This document shows, piece after piece, positions 11,742 to 25,402 of a stretch of DNA of 64,000 nt. Below the pieces are notes generated by a model. That model was not told the DNA's origin and made no database searches. It saw only the letters and a list, made by a program, of their open reading frames with translations. Source of the stretch: Eledone cirrhosa (lineage: Eukaryota); contig OZ024743.1 of NCBI GenBank assembly GCA_964016885.1, forward strand, positions 358,670,001-358,734,000, in the 5' to 3' direction. The first letter of the stretch is position 1. Each line of letters begins with the position of its first letter. The position numbers and the translations under genes were made by a program.

Positions 11742-13504
11742 AAGAGATGGTCACCATTTTAAAAGGCTGCGTTGTTTTACGATTTAGAGGGGAGTTCGTT
11801 TCCCTAGCTTGGCTGCTAGAACATCTCTTCTATTTGTTGTTAGGTGTAGGTAAACAATTCAGCAAAAAGAACATACCTCGAGATTATATGTACATGACCA
11901 TTTTAATCAGAGCAATAAACAAAACAGGTTATCATATCAGTTGCTCCTTGATTGGTAATTCGTAATTATCATTTCGTGGCGGTGTTCAAATATCCCGTGA
12001 CCGCATGGTGTGATATCGCTGTTTCGCCACAGTGAAATGCGTCTGCTCGCATCAACACACAAAGTTGAAAAGGGAGTGTATTCAGCTACTGACGTCAGAA
12101 CTAAGGGCAGTTATCGACTGCCTCCAAAGTCAAAGCTAGGTGGCGTGATCTTTTACAGCTTTATCAAGATTCTGTAAATTGTTCATCGAAGAAATTTTTA
12201 TATAATTAACTGTCAAAACTCTATTAATCTCAGAACAGAATTATTTTCTTCTTGCAGACATCGCCAAAATTCTACGTTCAGAACTATTTTTAATTTATAA
12301 TATTCCTATACAACTTCAAAATGATCCTTTTTAAAAATTTAAATGTAAATTTTTAAATATTTTAAATATTTTTAAATATTTTTAATATTTCTAAATTTTT
12401 TTAATATCTCTAATATTTATAATATTTTTAATATATATATTTGATATTTTAATTTCCGACATTATTTTAATTCTGACATTATTTTTCTAAGGACACCCCT
12501 CTAAATATATGTTTTAGATGTAGATTGATAATCTTTAAATGACATTCTGAAAATTTATCCTTTTTACGATAGATCTTCGAAAAGCACATTACATTTTTCC
12601 TCTCTCTTTTTGTTATTCAAATATTCACACATCTTTCGACTAAAATAATGGATCTCACACAAAATAATATATAATTTTCTCTATATATTTTGAGTAAATC
12701 ACTCATCAAATTTAACGGTTAACAAACAAGATTGGAGTTATCTTTCCTTTCTCAATCGTGCAAACATAAACATATGTTTGATAATCTATATAACTTCATT
12801 AAATTAACAATATTCTGAAAACATTTTCAATGTTGAACAAAATTTTTGAATCCACAAATTGTTCTACTCTCACAACTTGAACCACCTATTTTTAAGTAAA
12901 ATACAAAATCAACATCCTTCGTAACTCATATTTGATATATAAACAACTTATAATTGTAAATTATCTCTATCTCTATAATACTAATACATACGCAATTATT
13001 AATCTATATAGATATTTATATACATATAACCTATCGTAATAAGATAAAAATACTCACAACTGTAATTCTTCATATAATCTAATTGATTATATATACAATA
13101 TTATAACTCATAATATAGGTAATTAAATTTAAATTTAAACTCTGGAATCATATTCCACCCCAACCCCCCAAATTAACGTAAATGCTACATCTTCCTTTCT
13201 CTTCTTTCCTACGCATACAATAACTTATCATAATTATTTAAATTTTCCATAGCGTCTAAAATAACGGTTTTTTTTCAGCCCTTTTACCTAAACCTCATTT
13301 GCATACTCATCTTAATAATTTGAAATATCTGACTTTTCTTCTCTTATCCCTTCACTATCCAAGGAAAACTTGAACCGTTAAGGTATATTCTCCTTGGTTA
13401 TGTCAAAATTTATACAACACACTTCGTATTTTATAGTCATTTACAAGACTCCCAATACTGGAATTGAATAATCAAGACCGTAGTTGTATGTCATATATCA
13501 AATC

Positions 13505-13575
13505 ATATATTTTGTCTGATGAAGACGTACTGAAAAAACAACACAGTACCTTTGAAATATATATAATAAAGTATA
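13505..13575 (+). ncRNA. Type I hammerhead motif
   Basis: ATATATTTTGT-CTGATGA-AGACGTACTG..CAGTACCTTT-GAAA-TATATA-TA-ATAAAGTATAT. Confidence 0.72.
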
Positions 13576-13635
13576 TATTTTGATTATGAGAATATTTTTC
13601 ATTTGTTAATATTTTGAATTATATATATATATATA

Positions 13636-13933
13636 TATGTAAGAATATTTTCGAAACAGCGAGCGGGTTTGAAATTATTATAAATGTAAGCTATCGCCGT
13701 ATTTTGACTAAAGAAATTATTTAGCCTGATAGTGGGGTTAAGAACCCTCGGAGAAATGGAAAAAGATGAGTATTGACGTACATGTACGCCAATACTCATC
13801 TTTTTCCATTTCTCCGCGGGTTCTTAACTCCACTATCAGGCTAAATAATTTCTTTAATTTCTTTAGTCAAAATACGGCGATAGCTTACATTTATAATAAT
13901 TTCAAACCCGCTCGCTGTTTCGAAAATATTCTT

Positions 13934-13937
<4 letters not shown>
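13636..13937. repeat. ~300-bp palindrome between (TA)n and (CA)n, related to the 39558-40272 family
   Basis: Arms are reverse complements around GTACATGTAC (about 13783). Confidence 0.85.
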
Positions 13938-14071
<134 letters not shown>

Positions 14072-14403
14072 GTAGTATACGAAGCTAGTTGAAGAGAATC
14101 AACAAAGCCTATATTACTGAATGGTATAATTAGGTTTGTATTATTATTATTATTATTAAAGGTGGAAAACTGGGAGAGGGCACTTGCCTTGGTGGTCAGG
14201 GTCATTGTGGCCTTTTACTGGGCTTTCTCCACAAATGTCCCTCCGAAGTCTCCCCCCCTATTGGGGAATTTTTCATTGTTATTTTTTGTTACATCCTCTG
14301 TTTTTGTTTTTTACACGCAGAAATGCCCATTTGTACCGTCCTGTATTGTCCTGCACTGTCCTTAATGTCTACTTTATGTAAACCCTTGTGGTTAATAAAG
14401 AAA

Positions 14404-14453
<50 letters not shown>

Positions 14454-14483
14454 GTATTATCCTTATTATTATTATTATTATAA

Positions 14484-14690
14484 GGGTGGGGGTTTGGCAG
14501 TATCGGTATAGTGGCAGACACCATGCTTTGCAGCATAGAGTTATGGCCCTTTGTGTTCTGAGTTCAAATCCGCCGAGGTTAACATTGCCTTTCATCTTTA
14601 CGGGTTCGATAAAATAAAGTACCAGTGATGCACTGGGGTAATTGTTAGCCTTGTGCCAAAAGTAGAAAAATTATTATTATTATTATTAAA
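14484..14690 (+). mobile_element. SINE copy inserted in an (ATT)n tract
   Basis: Same consensus as 3206-3395. Confidence 0.8.
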
Positions 14691-15131
14691 TTATTATTAT
14701 ATATAAGGGAGCTTATAGATCGGACAACACACTGTTTTTCGTGGGGGTAAGTTTTTATTAATTTTCGTATTCTGAAAGATCAAAATACAAAAAAAAAAAA
14801 AAAAATGTTTGCTCATTGGACTCCGGGGAAATGTTCTGACAAAAGCTGTGGAAGCTACAGAAATATTCCATAAATATTTCCAGAGCAATCTCTATTTAAA
14901 TTTTACATTTTACGTTTACTTGCCTCCCATTGCAAAATGGCCTTCAAATTTTGAAAAGAGAGAAAAAGGGACAAGTGAACTATGAACTTGATACATCTCA
15001 CTGCCTCCCGCCACCACAATAACATCTACACTCTCTCCCCACCACCACCACATTTACATAAGTCATTACCCTATCTACACTAAGGTGTCTGATCTGTTGC
15101 CAAACTCCTTTCTCTGTGTTGAATGTGTGTG

Positions 15132-15162
<31 letters not shown>

Positions 15163-15236
15163 ATATATATCACTGATCTGTTGCTAAATTCTTTTCTCTG
15201 TATTGAATGTGTGTGTGTGTATATATATATATGTAG

Positions 15237-15299
<63 letters not shown>

Positions 15300-15309
<10 letters not shown>

Positions 15310-15810
15310 AATGTATATATAGTGTATTTTGCAATACACTGTATGCTTAATTAAAAGCATACAGTGTATCGAAGACCTTATGCTATTGTTTTAGAGTAGT
15401 GACAGTCTCACTGACTTTAATTTTCAGCAAACAGGGGAGATAAAGCTGACAGGGCCCTGTTTCGCATTTTTTGATGCTTATCAAAGCCAACTACTCCTCC
15501 TGTTTGCTGAAAATCATGGATGTTTGATTCTTATAGAATTCTAGTAAATAACCAGGAACTGATTATACAGAGCGTTGCCGGTCAAGCAGAAATTGAAAAT
15601 TAGAATTGGTGCTCTAAAATAGCTATATATATATGAATGTATATATAGTGTATTTTGCAATACACTGTATGCTTAATTAAAAGCATTTCGAAGACCTTAT
15701 GCTATTGTTTTAGAGTAGTGACAGTCTCACTTACTTCGAAATGCTTTTAATTAAGCATACAGTGTATTGCAAAATACACTATATATACATTCATATATAT
15801 ATAGCTATTT
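15300..15810. repeat. Tandem-plus-inverted repeat element in (TA)n (related fragment at 27550-27665)
   Basis: GTGTATTTTGCAATACACTG...CAGTCTCACT recurs about 326 bp apart, followed by an inverted terminal copy at 15735-15810. Confidence 0.75.
15443..15488 (-). ncRNA. Hammerhead motif, U3-A8 core variant
   Basis: GGCT-TTGATAA-GCAT CAAAAA ATGC-GAAA-CAGGGCCCTG-TC-AGCT. Confidence 0.6.
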
Positions 15811-18710
15811 CAGGCAAACATCTTAGTTATAATCTTTTCTGGGTAGGTAAGGATGATGGGTTAGGGGGAGTAGGCATTTTCTTGAGCTGGATCAATAAGA
15901 CAATAGAGGTAGTTTGAGTTAATAATCGAATAATTAAGCTTAGATTAGTTGTAGGCAGGAGACTACTGACAATCATCTCTGCCTATGCTCCCCAAGCAGG
16001 CCTAGGTAAAGAAGAGACAGACTCCTTTTACGAGCAACTATTACAAACAGCTGCAATGACAGAGGACGGAGACATCGTTATGCTAGCAGGGGACTTCAAT
16101 GGTCATATTGGACAGCCCTAGGATGGTTACACTGGGGTACATGGTGGGCACGGTTACGGCTCAAGAAATGGAGAAGGAGTGAGACTTCGTGAATTTTGTG
16201 ATGCAAGTACACTGACCATTTGCAACACTAACTTCCAGAAACCTGCCAACCACCTAATAACCTACAAATCAGGCGACCACATAAGCCAGATTGACTTCTT
16301 ACTAGTTAGGCAGCGGGACAGGCAGATGGTGTCAAATACCAAGGCATACCCTGGGGAAGAATGTACCCCCACAGCATAGGTTAGTCATTAGTGATATCTC
16401 AGTAAGCAAGAGATGGAATGAGACATACAGGAAGGTGTGGAGAAGAAAGGTCTGGAAGATAAATGACCTTTCACTAAATACAAATTTAGGAAAGCTCTTC
16501 AAGATGTGTATGACGAAAAAGAAGATGATTTAGAGTCGTATGACATAGATGATAACTGGAATTTCTCACGTGACAATTTACTGCAGGCTACAACCAGACA
16601 GAGAGTGACCTGGTGGTGGAACAGCACAGTAAATAGGGCTATTAGAGATAAAAGACTAGCATGGAAGGCTTGGAAAAAGGGTGGGAGTAGAAAAGGATAT
16701 ACAGCCGCAAAGAGAGAAGCTAGATGTCAGGTGTACATAGCACGCAGGGAGGCTGAGAGTAGGAGGTTTGCCAATGTTCTGCGACGGGAAGATCAGAGGC
16801 GTGCGGTGTTCCACATTGCAAGGCAGTATGTCAATGCAAATCAGGATGTTGTTGGAGATAAATGTGTCCGGAATGATGCCGGTGTACTTAGTGTCACGAA
16901 TGATCAGAAAAAGGAGGCCTGGAAATGTCATTATGAGAGACTGATGAATGTGGAGAACGAATGGGAGAGAGAGAAATTACCCTCAGTAGATCAGACAGAG
17001 GGACCAGCTATTGAGATTGATGAATATAGGGTCCAAGAGGCGATTAGAGAAATGAAAAATGGTAAGGCTGCTGGACCATCGGGAATAGTTGCTGAGATAC
17101 TGAAGGCATCAGGGGACGTAGGCACTAAACTGGTTGCAAGCATCATCAATCAGGCTATATATGGTGGTGTCATACCCAAAGACTGGTGCAGCAGTATTCT
17201 CATAAATTGCTACAAAGGTAAAGGGGATGCTCTGCAGAGGAGCAATTATAGGGGTATAAAACTGATAGATCAGGTTATGAAAGTGGCAGAAAGGATATTA
17301 GCACAACTAATTAGAGAAAGTGTCAAACTAGATGAGATGGAGTTTGGTTTTGTGCCTGGGAAAAGTACAACAGATGCCCTCTTCTTGGTGAGACAATTAC
17401 AAGAGAGGTTCTTAGAGAACAATAAGCCTCTATACTTAGCCTTTGTTGACCTAGAGAAGGCCTTTGATAGGGTACCCCGATCTGTCATCTGGTGGTCCCT
17501 AAGAAAACTAGGTGTTGAGGAATGGCTTGTGAGGACAGTGCAAACTTTGTACAGAGGTGCTGTCAGTAAAGTCAGGGTAGGAATGGAGTTTAGTGAGGAA
17601 TTCCAGATACAAGTAGGAGTACATCAAGGTTCGGTCCTCAGCCCGCTCTTGTTCATTATAGTCCTCCAAGCCATAACAGAGGAGTTTAAGACTGGCTGTC
17701 CATGGGAACTTCTCTATGTTGACGATCTGGTTCTTATAGCAGAATTAGTAAAGGAGCTAGAGAATAAATTCTGGCCATGGAAAAAGCAGTTGGAAGCAAG
17801 AGGGCTGAGAGTGAACCGAGCTAAGTCAAAAGTGTTGATGAGTAGAAAAGAGGACAAAACTCTGATTCCATCAGCGAAATAGCCATGTTCGATATGCAGA
17901 AAAGGAACTGGCATAAATTCTATAAAATGTACACAATGCAGATCCTGGGTACACAAGAGATGTAGTGGGATAACAGGCAAACTAACAGGTAGGGAGAAAT
18001 ATGTATGCAGTAGACGTACAGGGAAATTAGACAGTAGAAGTCGCATTGATAGACACATTTTTCAAATGCAGGCGGGTGCTATAGAAGTGGTGGATAGCTT
18101 CCGGTACCTAGGAGATAAGATTAGCATGGAAGTGGGGTGTTCCGAGGCCATAGTATCTAGAATAAGGACGGGTTGGAAGAAGTTTAGGGAGCTGTTTCCT
18201 CTGCTGACGAAGAAGGGTTTCTCCCTGCATACAAAAGGCCGGCTATATGGTGCCTGTGTGAGAAGCGCGATGCTGCATGGTAGTGAGACCTGGGCAGCAA
18301 CTACAGAGGATGCGCGATGGCTGGAGAGAAATGAGGCAAGCATGCTCTGTTGGATGTACAATGTCAATGTGCGTGAACGACTCAACATGGATGTGTTGAG
18401 AGAGAAACTGTGTCTGAGAGGGATAGAATGTAGTGTACGAGAGAGAAGACTGCGGTGGTATGGACATGTGATGCGCTTGGAGGATGACCGATGGGTGAAG
18501 AAGTGCCAGGAAATGCCAGTTGAAGGAAGACATGGTAGAGGTAGACCACGAAAAACATGAGCGGAGGTGGTGAGAATAGACCTCAGATAGCTGAAGCTCA
18601 CGGTGGGGATGACGAAGGACCGTGACAAGTGGAGAGATGCTGTGCTGAATAAGACCCATCCCACCCTTGCAAGCAGGGAAAAGCGGACGTAAAATGATGA
18701 TGATGATGAT
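15810..18710 (+). mobile_element. RTE-clade LINE, near full ORF but disrupted
   Basis: APE endonuclease (SAYAPQ, AGDFNGH, SQIDF), RT (AFVDLEKAFD, GVHQGSVLSP, LYVDD), Cys-rich CxxC..CxxC..HxxC, RRLRWYGHV..GRPRKT, (ATG)n tail. Confidence 0.93.
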
Positions 18711-19749
18711 TGCTTGCCCACCTTCCTAGTTCCAAGACAAAAGTGCCTAGTCCACACTGTAAAATGGTCATGTCGGAGATACAACAAAAAGTGCCCAGTT
18801 CACACTGTAATGTGGTCGTGTAGGTGACATGACTAAATGCACCCAGAAAACACTGTAAATGTGATTGGCGTTAGGAAGGGCACCTAGCTGTAGAAAACAT
18901 GCCAAAATCTGCCCCGGGTGAGATAAACATGGTCCTTTGACTTGATTCTCTCTCTAAGGGTCAGCCCATCTTACTCATGCTAGCGTGGAAGATGGACGTT
19001 AAACCATGATGATGATGAGACGTACACACACATAGTATAGGTGATTCAGTGAATTACTGGTCATAGTATCAATATGAGCATTCAATGTTTTTTGTTTATT
19101 CTCCAAGCCTGATGAGCAGATCAATGCTGGAGTCAGGTCCATAACTTCCATGGGTCACCTTGAGCCAATCATCTATGAAATGCATGTAACAGGTCGATAA
19201 TCAATAAAAACATGTAAACAAAACTCTATCGTTTTTTTCTTATTATATATATGCATATATACCAATTACACCTTACTTAATTACACCTTTCAAAGGTGAT
19301 GACACATGACCATGACCTCTGGCGTCACACAGTAATACAGAGTACCCGACCTCCCATGGGTACAAGCTGAAGCATATAGACAATATGCCCCCACAACTGA
19401 AAGGTGGTCGTGGAGGTGCCACGGCAAAAAAGCACCCAGCACTCACTGTAAATGAGGTTGGTATTAGGAAGGGCATCCAGCTGTAGAAATCAAGCCAAAT
19501 CAGTTCCTGTATAAGCAAGGCATGGTCAGCCGACCAGACACAACAGGACAACCCATCTAACCCATGCTAGCGTGGAAGAACGGACATAAAACGGTGATGA
19601 TGATGATGATGATGATGATGATATGAAAGAACCTAACATGCATGTAAATCCCCTGATTATGAACAAGTGGTCATGCAATCATACCCCTTAGGCTCATGAA
19701 AATAGAAGACACATGCAAACTCCTTATCATCTAATGTGGACCTTAAAAT

Positions 19750-20445
19750 TTTCCACTATCAATGTCAAAACAATGAAAGGTAAACATGGTAATTGTGGAG
19801 ATTCTAGAAAGGAGATGAATAGAAATGTGCTTTGTGCAAGAAATAAGGCGGAGGGGTGCTTGTGCTAGACTCATTACAAGAAACATTGATACAAATTCTT
19901 TTGGGTGGGTAACAATAATGGGGTGGGTAGAATAGGAGTAGTCCTCATTAAGAGATGGGGAGGCTAGATAATTGAGGTAGTCAGAGTGAATAATTTGACT
20001 AGCCTTGTGCAAAACTACTGCCCAATGCTATCTGTATACATCCCACAAGCTGCACTTCCAGATGAACAAAAGGACCATTTCTAAGAGGTCATACTATAGA
20101 CTACCTCAATGACAGATGACAGAGATCTCATTATCGTAGCTGGTCACTTCAATGGACATATTGGGAAATATCATAACAGATTCCCTGGCATACATGGAGG
20201 CTACAATTATGACACAAGAAATGAGGAGGGGATTAGGCTTCTGGAGTTCTGTGATGCTCTTGACTTAATGATCTGTAATACAAACTTCAAGAAACCAGCC
20301 AGCCACCTAATTACCTACCAATCAGGGGTGCAGACTTCATCTTCACCAGGAAAAGGGACAAACAAATGGTTGTAAATGCCAAATTCTTCTTGGGGAAGAA
20401 TGTGCTTCTCAACATAGATTAGTTTTCAGTGACTTTACTACATGG
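19750..20445 (+). mobile_element. RTE endonuclease remnant
   Basis: AGHFNGHIG..NEEGIRLLEFCD..CNTNFKKP; frameshifted. Confidence 0.75.
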
Positions 20446-20449
20446 AGCA

Positions 20450-22350
20450 GCATAGGACGTCATGGAATGGGAAAATGCAATAAAAATGGACTTCTCCTGT
20501 TACAGGTGTGCCAGGAATCTTGTCATAGGTCACACATGGTTCTGACAGATGAACAAATACAAGGGGACCTGGATGCACCCATATTCACGTCATTGGCATA
20601 TTATTGATTATGTCATTGTATGACGTAATGATTTGTGGGATTTATCAGATCTATCCATTTTATGAGAGGGGCAGAATGCTGGACAGACCATTGGCTCCTA
20701 AGAGCAATTCTCTGTTTTAGTATTCGGAAGAAGATGAAGCATAGTTGTGTCAGGGTGCAGAGACATATAAATGTTTCACAATTGGCCTGCCCAGAGAAAT
20801 GAAGGGAATCTCAAGAAACAGTTCAGCAAATTGAAGGAGAAGTGTAAGGAGCAACAGCTTGATTTGTATAATTACTTTATTGATCTCACGAAGGCCTTTG
20901 ACACAGTCAATAGGCAGGCCCTTTGGGGTATACTCTTGGAACATGGTTGCCCTGAGAAGTTTACAGGGTTTATTTATTCATTGCATGATGATGTGAGAGC
21001 ATGGGTGAGCTACTAGAACTTTTCTCAGTTGAAACAGGTGTAAAACAGGGTGATCTGCTCGCCCAGACTTTGTTTGTCATCCTTTTTGCCATCCTTTTTG
21101 CTGTTGTTTTGCTAAAAGCATTCACCAACGCTGATGCTGGCATATATCTACGTTATCAAACAAGAAGGCTTTTTAACATCTGACAATTTCTTGCTACATC
21201 AAAAACATATATCACACTGATACGTGACCTTCTTTATGCAGATGACTGTGATCTTGTTAGCCACACAGAAGAAGACCTTTAACTCCTTATGGATTGCTTC
21301 TCGGCAGTATGTGATGAATTTGGGCTGACAGTTGGCATGAAAAAGACTGTGGTGATGTATCTGCATGCACTCGGAAAGCCTGAAAAAGACAGTGGTGATG
21401 TACCAACATGCACTTAGAAAGCCATATATTCCACTCTCCATATCTATCAAAGGGAAAATATTGGAAGTTATGGATAAGTTTGTCTATCTGGGGAGTACTC
21501 TCTCCAGCACAAACATCTCTGACGAAGAGGTAAGATACTGGCTGTCTAAAGCTTCCGATTCTTTTGGTGAGCTGGAGAAGTGCCTGTTGTCATAGTCACA
21601 TACCAGTGTGTACACAAAAGTCAAAATGTATCAGGTCTTGCTCTATGGATGTGAGACATAGACAACATATTCGAACATTTCCAATGACAATGCTTGTGCT
21701 CCATCCTCAAGATCTCATGGAGATCTCATACACCAGATACTGACGTGTTGCATTGGGCCTATATGCCAAGTAATGAGAGCATGATCATGAAACAGTGCCT
21801 AAATGACAGCAGAATACCCAAGCAAGTTTTGCATGGCAAACCGTTGCATGGCAAACACTTACAGTGCAAACTACACAAGCGCTTCAAAGACTGCCTGAAA
21901 GATACCTTGAAGAAAGTCAACATGAACATGGAAACATGTAAAGATCTTGCAATCTATAGAGCCCAGTGGCGAAATTTCATTGCTATCGGTGTTGAGGAAT
22001 TTGAAAAGAAGTAGAGGGCCTATGCTGAAGTGAAGCGAGCAGCTAAATATATGCGGGATGTTAGTCCGCTCCCAGAACAAGGTTTGAAAGGAACTCTTAC
22101 CCATGGGAAATGTAGATATCTATGTATATCAAAGACTGGGCTATTAAACCATAGCAGACGCCATACTCATATAAATAACACCTTTGAGAACCCTGTACAC
22201 CTTGATTTTATATGTGGCATCTGCACCAAAATGTGTTACTCTGCCAGTGGGCTAACATCGCATCACAAGGGGTGCCATGCCAACCAGATTAAGCAGGTGG
22301 GTAACTTGACTGCACACTGTGTGGTATGGCATGTAAGTCACTTCCTGGTT
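20450..22350 (+). mobile_element. Second RTE-type (BovB-like) LINE remnant with C-terminal zinc fingers
   Basis: FIDLTKAFDTV, GVKQGDLLA, LLYADD, FVYLGSTLS, RIPKQVL, CGICTKMCYSASGLTSHHKGCH. Confidence 0.85.
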
Positions 22351-23299
22351 TAATGAGTCATCTAAGACAACATCAGCAACAGCAACATCATAACATGTTT
22401 TTGTAGTTGTCTGTATGTCCTTTTTTTTTCCTTCATTCTAAGAAGAGGCCATACTCGGACACAAGTAGACTTTCAACTACACACACACACATATATATAT
22501 CATCAGCATCGTTTAACGTCCATCTTCCAAGCTAGCATGGGTTAGACGGGAATTGTCCCACTTGAGGCAAGATTGATCAGGTGACCGTGTCTCGCTCGTA
22601 TAGGATTGTATCTGGTAGGTTTTCTACGGCTGGATGCCCTTACTATATATACATATATATGTATATAGTTGCAGAAGATAAGGTGTTTATATGTGGATGT
22701 TATGCTGTAACTTCTTGAGGATAAGCCGGTTCAAAAGCAATTCACGTCAATAGTTTATCCCAGCTAAAAGTTGGTGATTAGAAGTGATGGAGTATTTATA
22801 TATTAAAAGTAGTTAAGAAGCGGTTACTTCACCATAATTGCTTTATTGCATGATATATCTTTCTGTTACATGGTTATGCATGTGACTTCATCAGATGCTC
22901 ATACAATCACAGGTGCAGTTGTGCAATCATGGGATACATTCCTGTTCATGTATTATCATCCTGTTGTGATGCTAGCAGACACATCATATAATCATCCGTT
23001 TATTCATTCCAATTCTTTAAAATTTAATTTTAAATATTTAAAATTATTTAAAAAAAAAGTTACATAAAACAGTAAACTTTAGTAAACCTAAATTTTTTGT
23101 TAGAATAAAGCTTCAATTTAAAAAAAAAATTTTCACATTTTTATTCATCTACATAATGGCAAAGAGTCAGTTGGCTCAGTTTCCTCCCTACTTTCTCGAC
23201 TCTATACAACAAGAAGCTTCAAAGAGAAAAAGAATATTATTATTCTCAGAAGATAGAAGCCACAGTTTTAATTGAAAATCAAAACCAAAGTGAGATGAA

Positions 23300-23730
23300 C
23301 AGTATGAGTGGAGGATGAGATGTCCTATTCTGAAGAAATTGTTCTGTTTCCCATGTCTGTTATTTTTGTCAACATAAGAACTAATGAACAACTACCAGTT
23401 ACTGCGATTTGAACAATTTGATTACAGCTTTGACAAGTCACAAAAAATCTTAGAACTATCTGAATTCTGTAATTACTCTGAAAACATTTGGCAGATAATG
23501 ATTCTGACCATACCTGCTATATCTTCCTGTGAGAGATCGTTTTCTTCATTAAAGCGAGTAATTATATGAGGTGTTCTTAAAGTGAAGGGAGATTGAGTAA
23601 TTTGGTCTTCATTTCCATGAATAAAGACCTTTTGAAGAAGATGAAGGTTGAGCATGGTGCTGATACATTTTATAGTTAAGTGATCGATGAATTTGACAAA
23701 AAGAAATGAAGAAATGAACTGATTTACAAA
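23300..23730 (+). mobile_element. hAT transposase C-terminal (dimerisation domain) remnant
   Basis: LTIPAISSCERSFSSLKR motif. Confidence 0.65.
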
Positions 23731-23989
23731 TAAATTTTAGATATTTCATTATTTGTAGGTTTTATTTTCTAAGATTTCTCTCGTAACCAATAAGGGTTAT
23801 CATAGCAGGCTCATGGGGAGACATCAAGTGCAATGGAGAGGGGTATCAAGCTCCAAGTCTGGCCTGTATGTAGAAGTACATTTTCTCGCATTGAAATTAG
23901 TTCATATCACATTCACAAACAAGAAAAACAAATAATTTTCTGGAGGTGGTGGGTGGTGGTAGTAAGGTTCCACTGCTCCATTCTCCACC

Positions 23990-24465
23990 ATAGTAATTGG
24001 CCTGCATCATGGACTGCATGCACTGCTTTCCAAGTCACCCTTCACCACTGGAGTCTTTTGCATTGCTGTATAACACCAGAGATCTTGATCCTATGTCATT
24101 GCCTTTATAATTGTGCAAGGTTAGCTTTTATCACCTCATCTCAAGTCTTCGTTGGTCTTCCCTATTCTTTAGCTTTCATAAACTTTGATAGTCCTGTACA
24201 TTTTATACAGCTGTCATTTTTCATATGTATCACATCTCCTTGACAACGCAATCTCCTCACCTGCACACTGCATCTGATCCCTGTTTTGCCCAGTTTCTTT
24301 TTCAGTTCATTTATGCTTTGCTGTTCAAGTATTACATCAGAGCATGCAAACTTGATTTCTTTTCCTCTGCACAATGTGCTCAGGTTTCACTACCATGCAA
24401 TGTTGCTGTTCGTATACACACATCATATAATTTGCCCTTCATTTTGATGGAAAACCTTTTGTAGC
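23990..24465 (-). mobile_element. RTE 3' fragment
   Basis: KGKLYDVCIRTATLHGSET; GIRCSVQVRRLR. Confidence 0.7.
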
Positions 24466-24483
24466 TGACAACAGTATATATAA

Positions 24484-24554
<71 letters not shown>

Positions 24555-24770
24555 AAGAGGTCCTCCATCGCTTCTTATGATGAATGATCCAGTTGATTCA
24601 ATCAATGGAACTGTTCATGAAATTACTGTATAAATGGCTGAGCATCCCACAGACACATGCACCATTAATGTAGTTCTCAGGGTGATCCAGTGTAACACAG
24701 TGTGTGATGACGTTGGTCTCTTGAATTACATGTACAAGTCATTTTTGCCAGCTGTTTGGACTGGAGTAAT

Positions 24771-24952
24771 TAATTGTTTCTACTTTTGGCACAAGGCCAG
24801 CAATTATCCCAGTGTATTACTGGTACTTTATTTTATCGACCCCGTAAGGATGAAAGGCAAAGTTAACCTCGGCGGGATTTGAATTCAGAATGGCAAGGGC
24901 CGTAACTCTATGCGTCAAAGCATGGCGTCTGATCCTCTACCGATACTGCCAA
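24771..24952 (-). mobile_element. SINE copy
   Basis: Reverse complement of the 3206-3395 consensus. Confidence 0.8.
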
Positions 24953-25402
24953 CTGTTCACACCTGTGTAGCGTTAGCTGGCCTCTAATGAGGGTCATGTT
25001 ACTGTTCACACCTGTGTAGGGTTAGCTGGCCTCTAATGAGGGTCATGTTACTGTTCACACCTGTGTAGGGTTAGCTGGCCTCTAATGAGGGTCATGTTAC
25101 TGTTCACACCTGTGTAGGGTTAGCTGGCCTCTAATGAGGGTCATGTTACTGTTCACACCTGTGTAGGGTTAGCTGGCCTCCAGTGAGGGTGATGTTACTG
25201 TTCACACCTGTGTAGGGTTAGCTGGTCTCCAGTGAGGGTCATGTTACTGTTCACACCTGTGTAGGGTTAGCTGGTCTCCAGTGAGGGTCATGTTACTGTT
25301 CACACCTATGTAGGATTAGCTGGCCTCCAGTGAGGGTGATGTTACTGTTCACACCTATGTAGGGTTAGCTGGCCTCCAGTGAGGGTGATGTTACTGTTCA
25401 CA
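24953..25402. repeat. Minisatellite, 9.2 x 49 bp
   Basis: Unit CTGTTCACACCTGTGTAGGGTTAGCTGGCCTCTAATGAGGGTCATGTTA at an exact 49-bp period. Confidence 0.95.

Larger units (their letters stand above)
9850..13620 (+). mobile_element. Penelope-like retroelement (Naiad-like), 5'-truncated with inverted terminal segment
   Basis: RT remnant from about 10345 (FIQMDIVNYY..MGSSDSAQLTDLVG..LYRDD); CxCx5Cx5C linker; GIY-YIG (VVYKC..YVGAT..FKER); ~310-bp inverted repeat 10026-10340 vs 13121-13434; a hammerhead at each end; microsatellite flanks. Confidence 0.85.

Noticed and set aside
11950-12180. SECIS element downstream of the Naiad-like ORF
   Set aside because: Hairpins are present, but I could not place the AUGA/GA quartet and apical AA, and the ORF has no in-frame TGA at Cys positions.
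19100-19132. CTGATGA-GCA..TGC hammerhead
   Set aside because: No GAAA after the helix II candidate.
24953-25402. CRISPR-like array
   Set aside because: Contiguous 49-bp units with no unique spacers, no cas genes and a eukaryotic context; it is a minisatellite.
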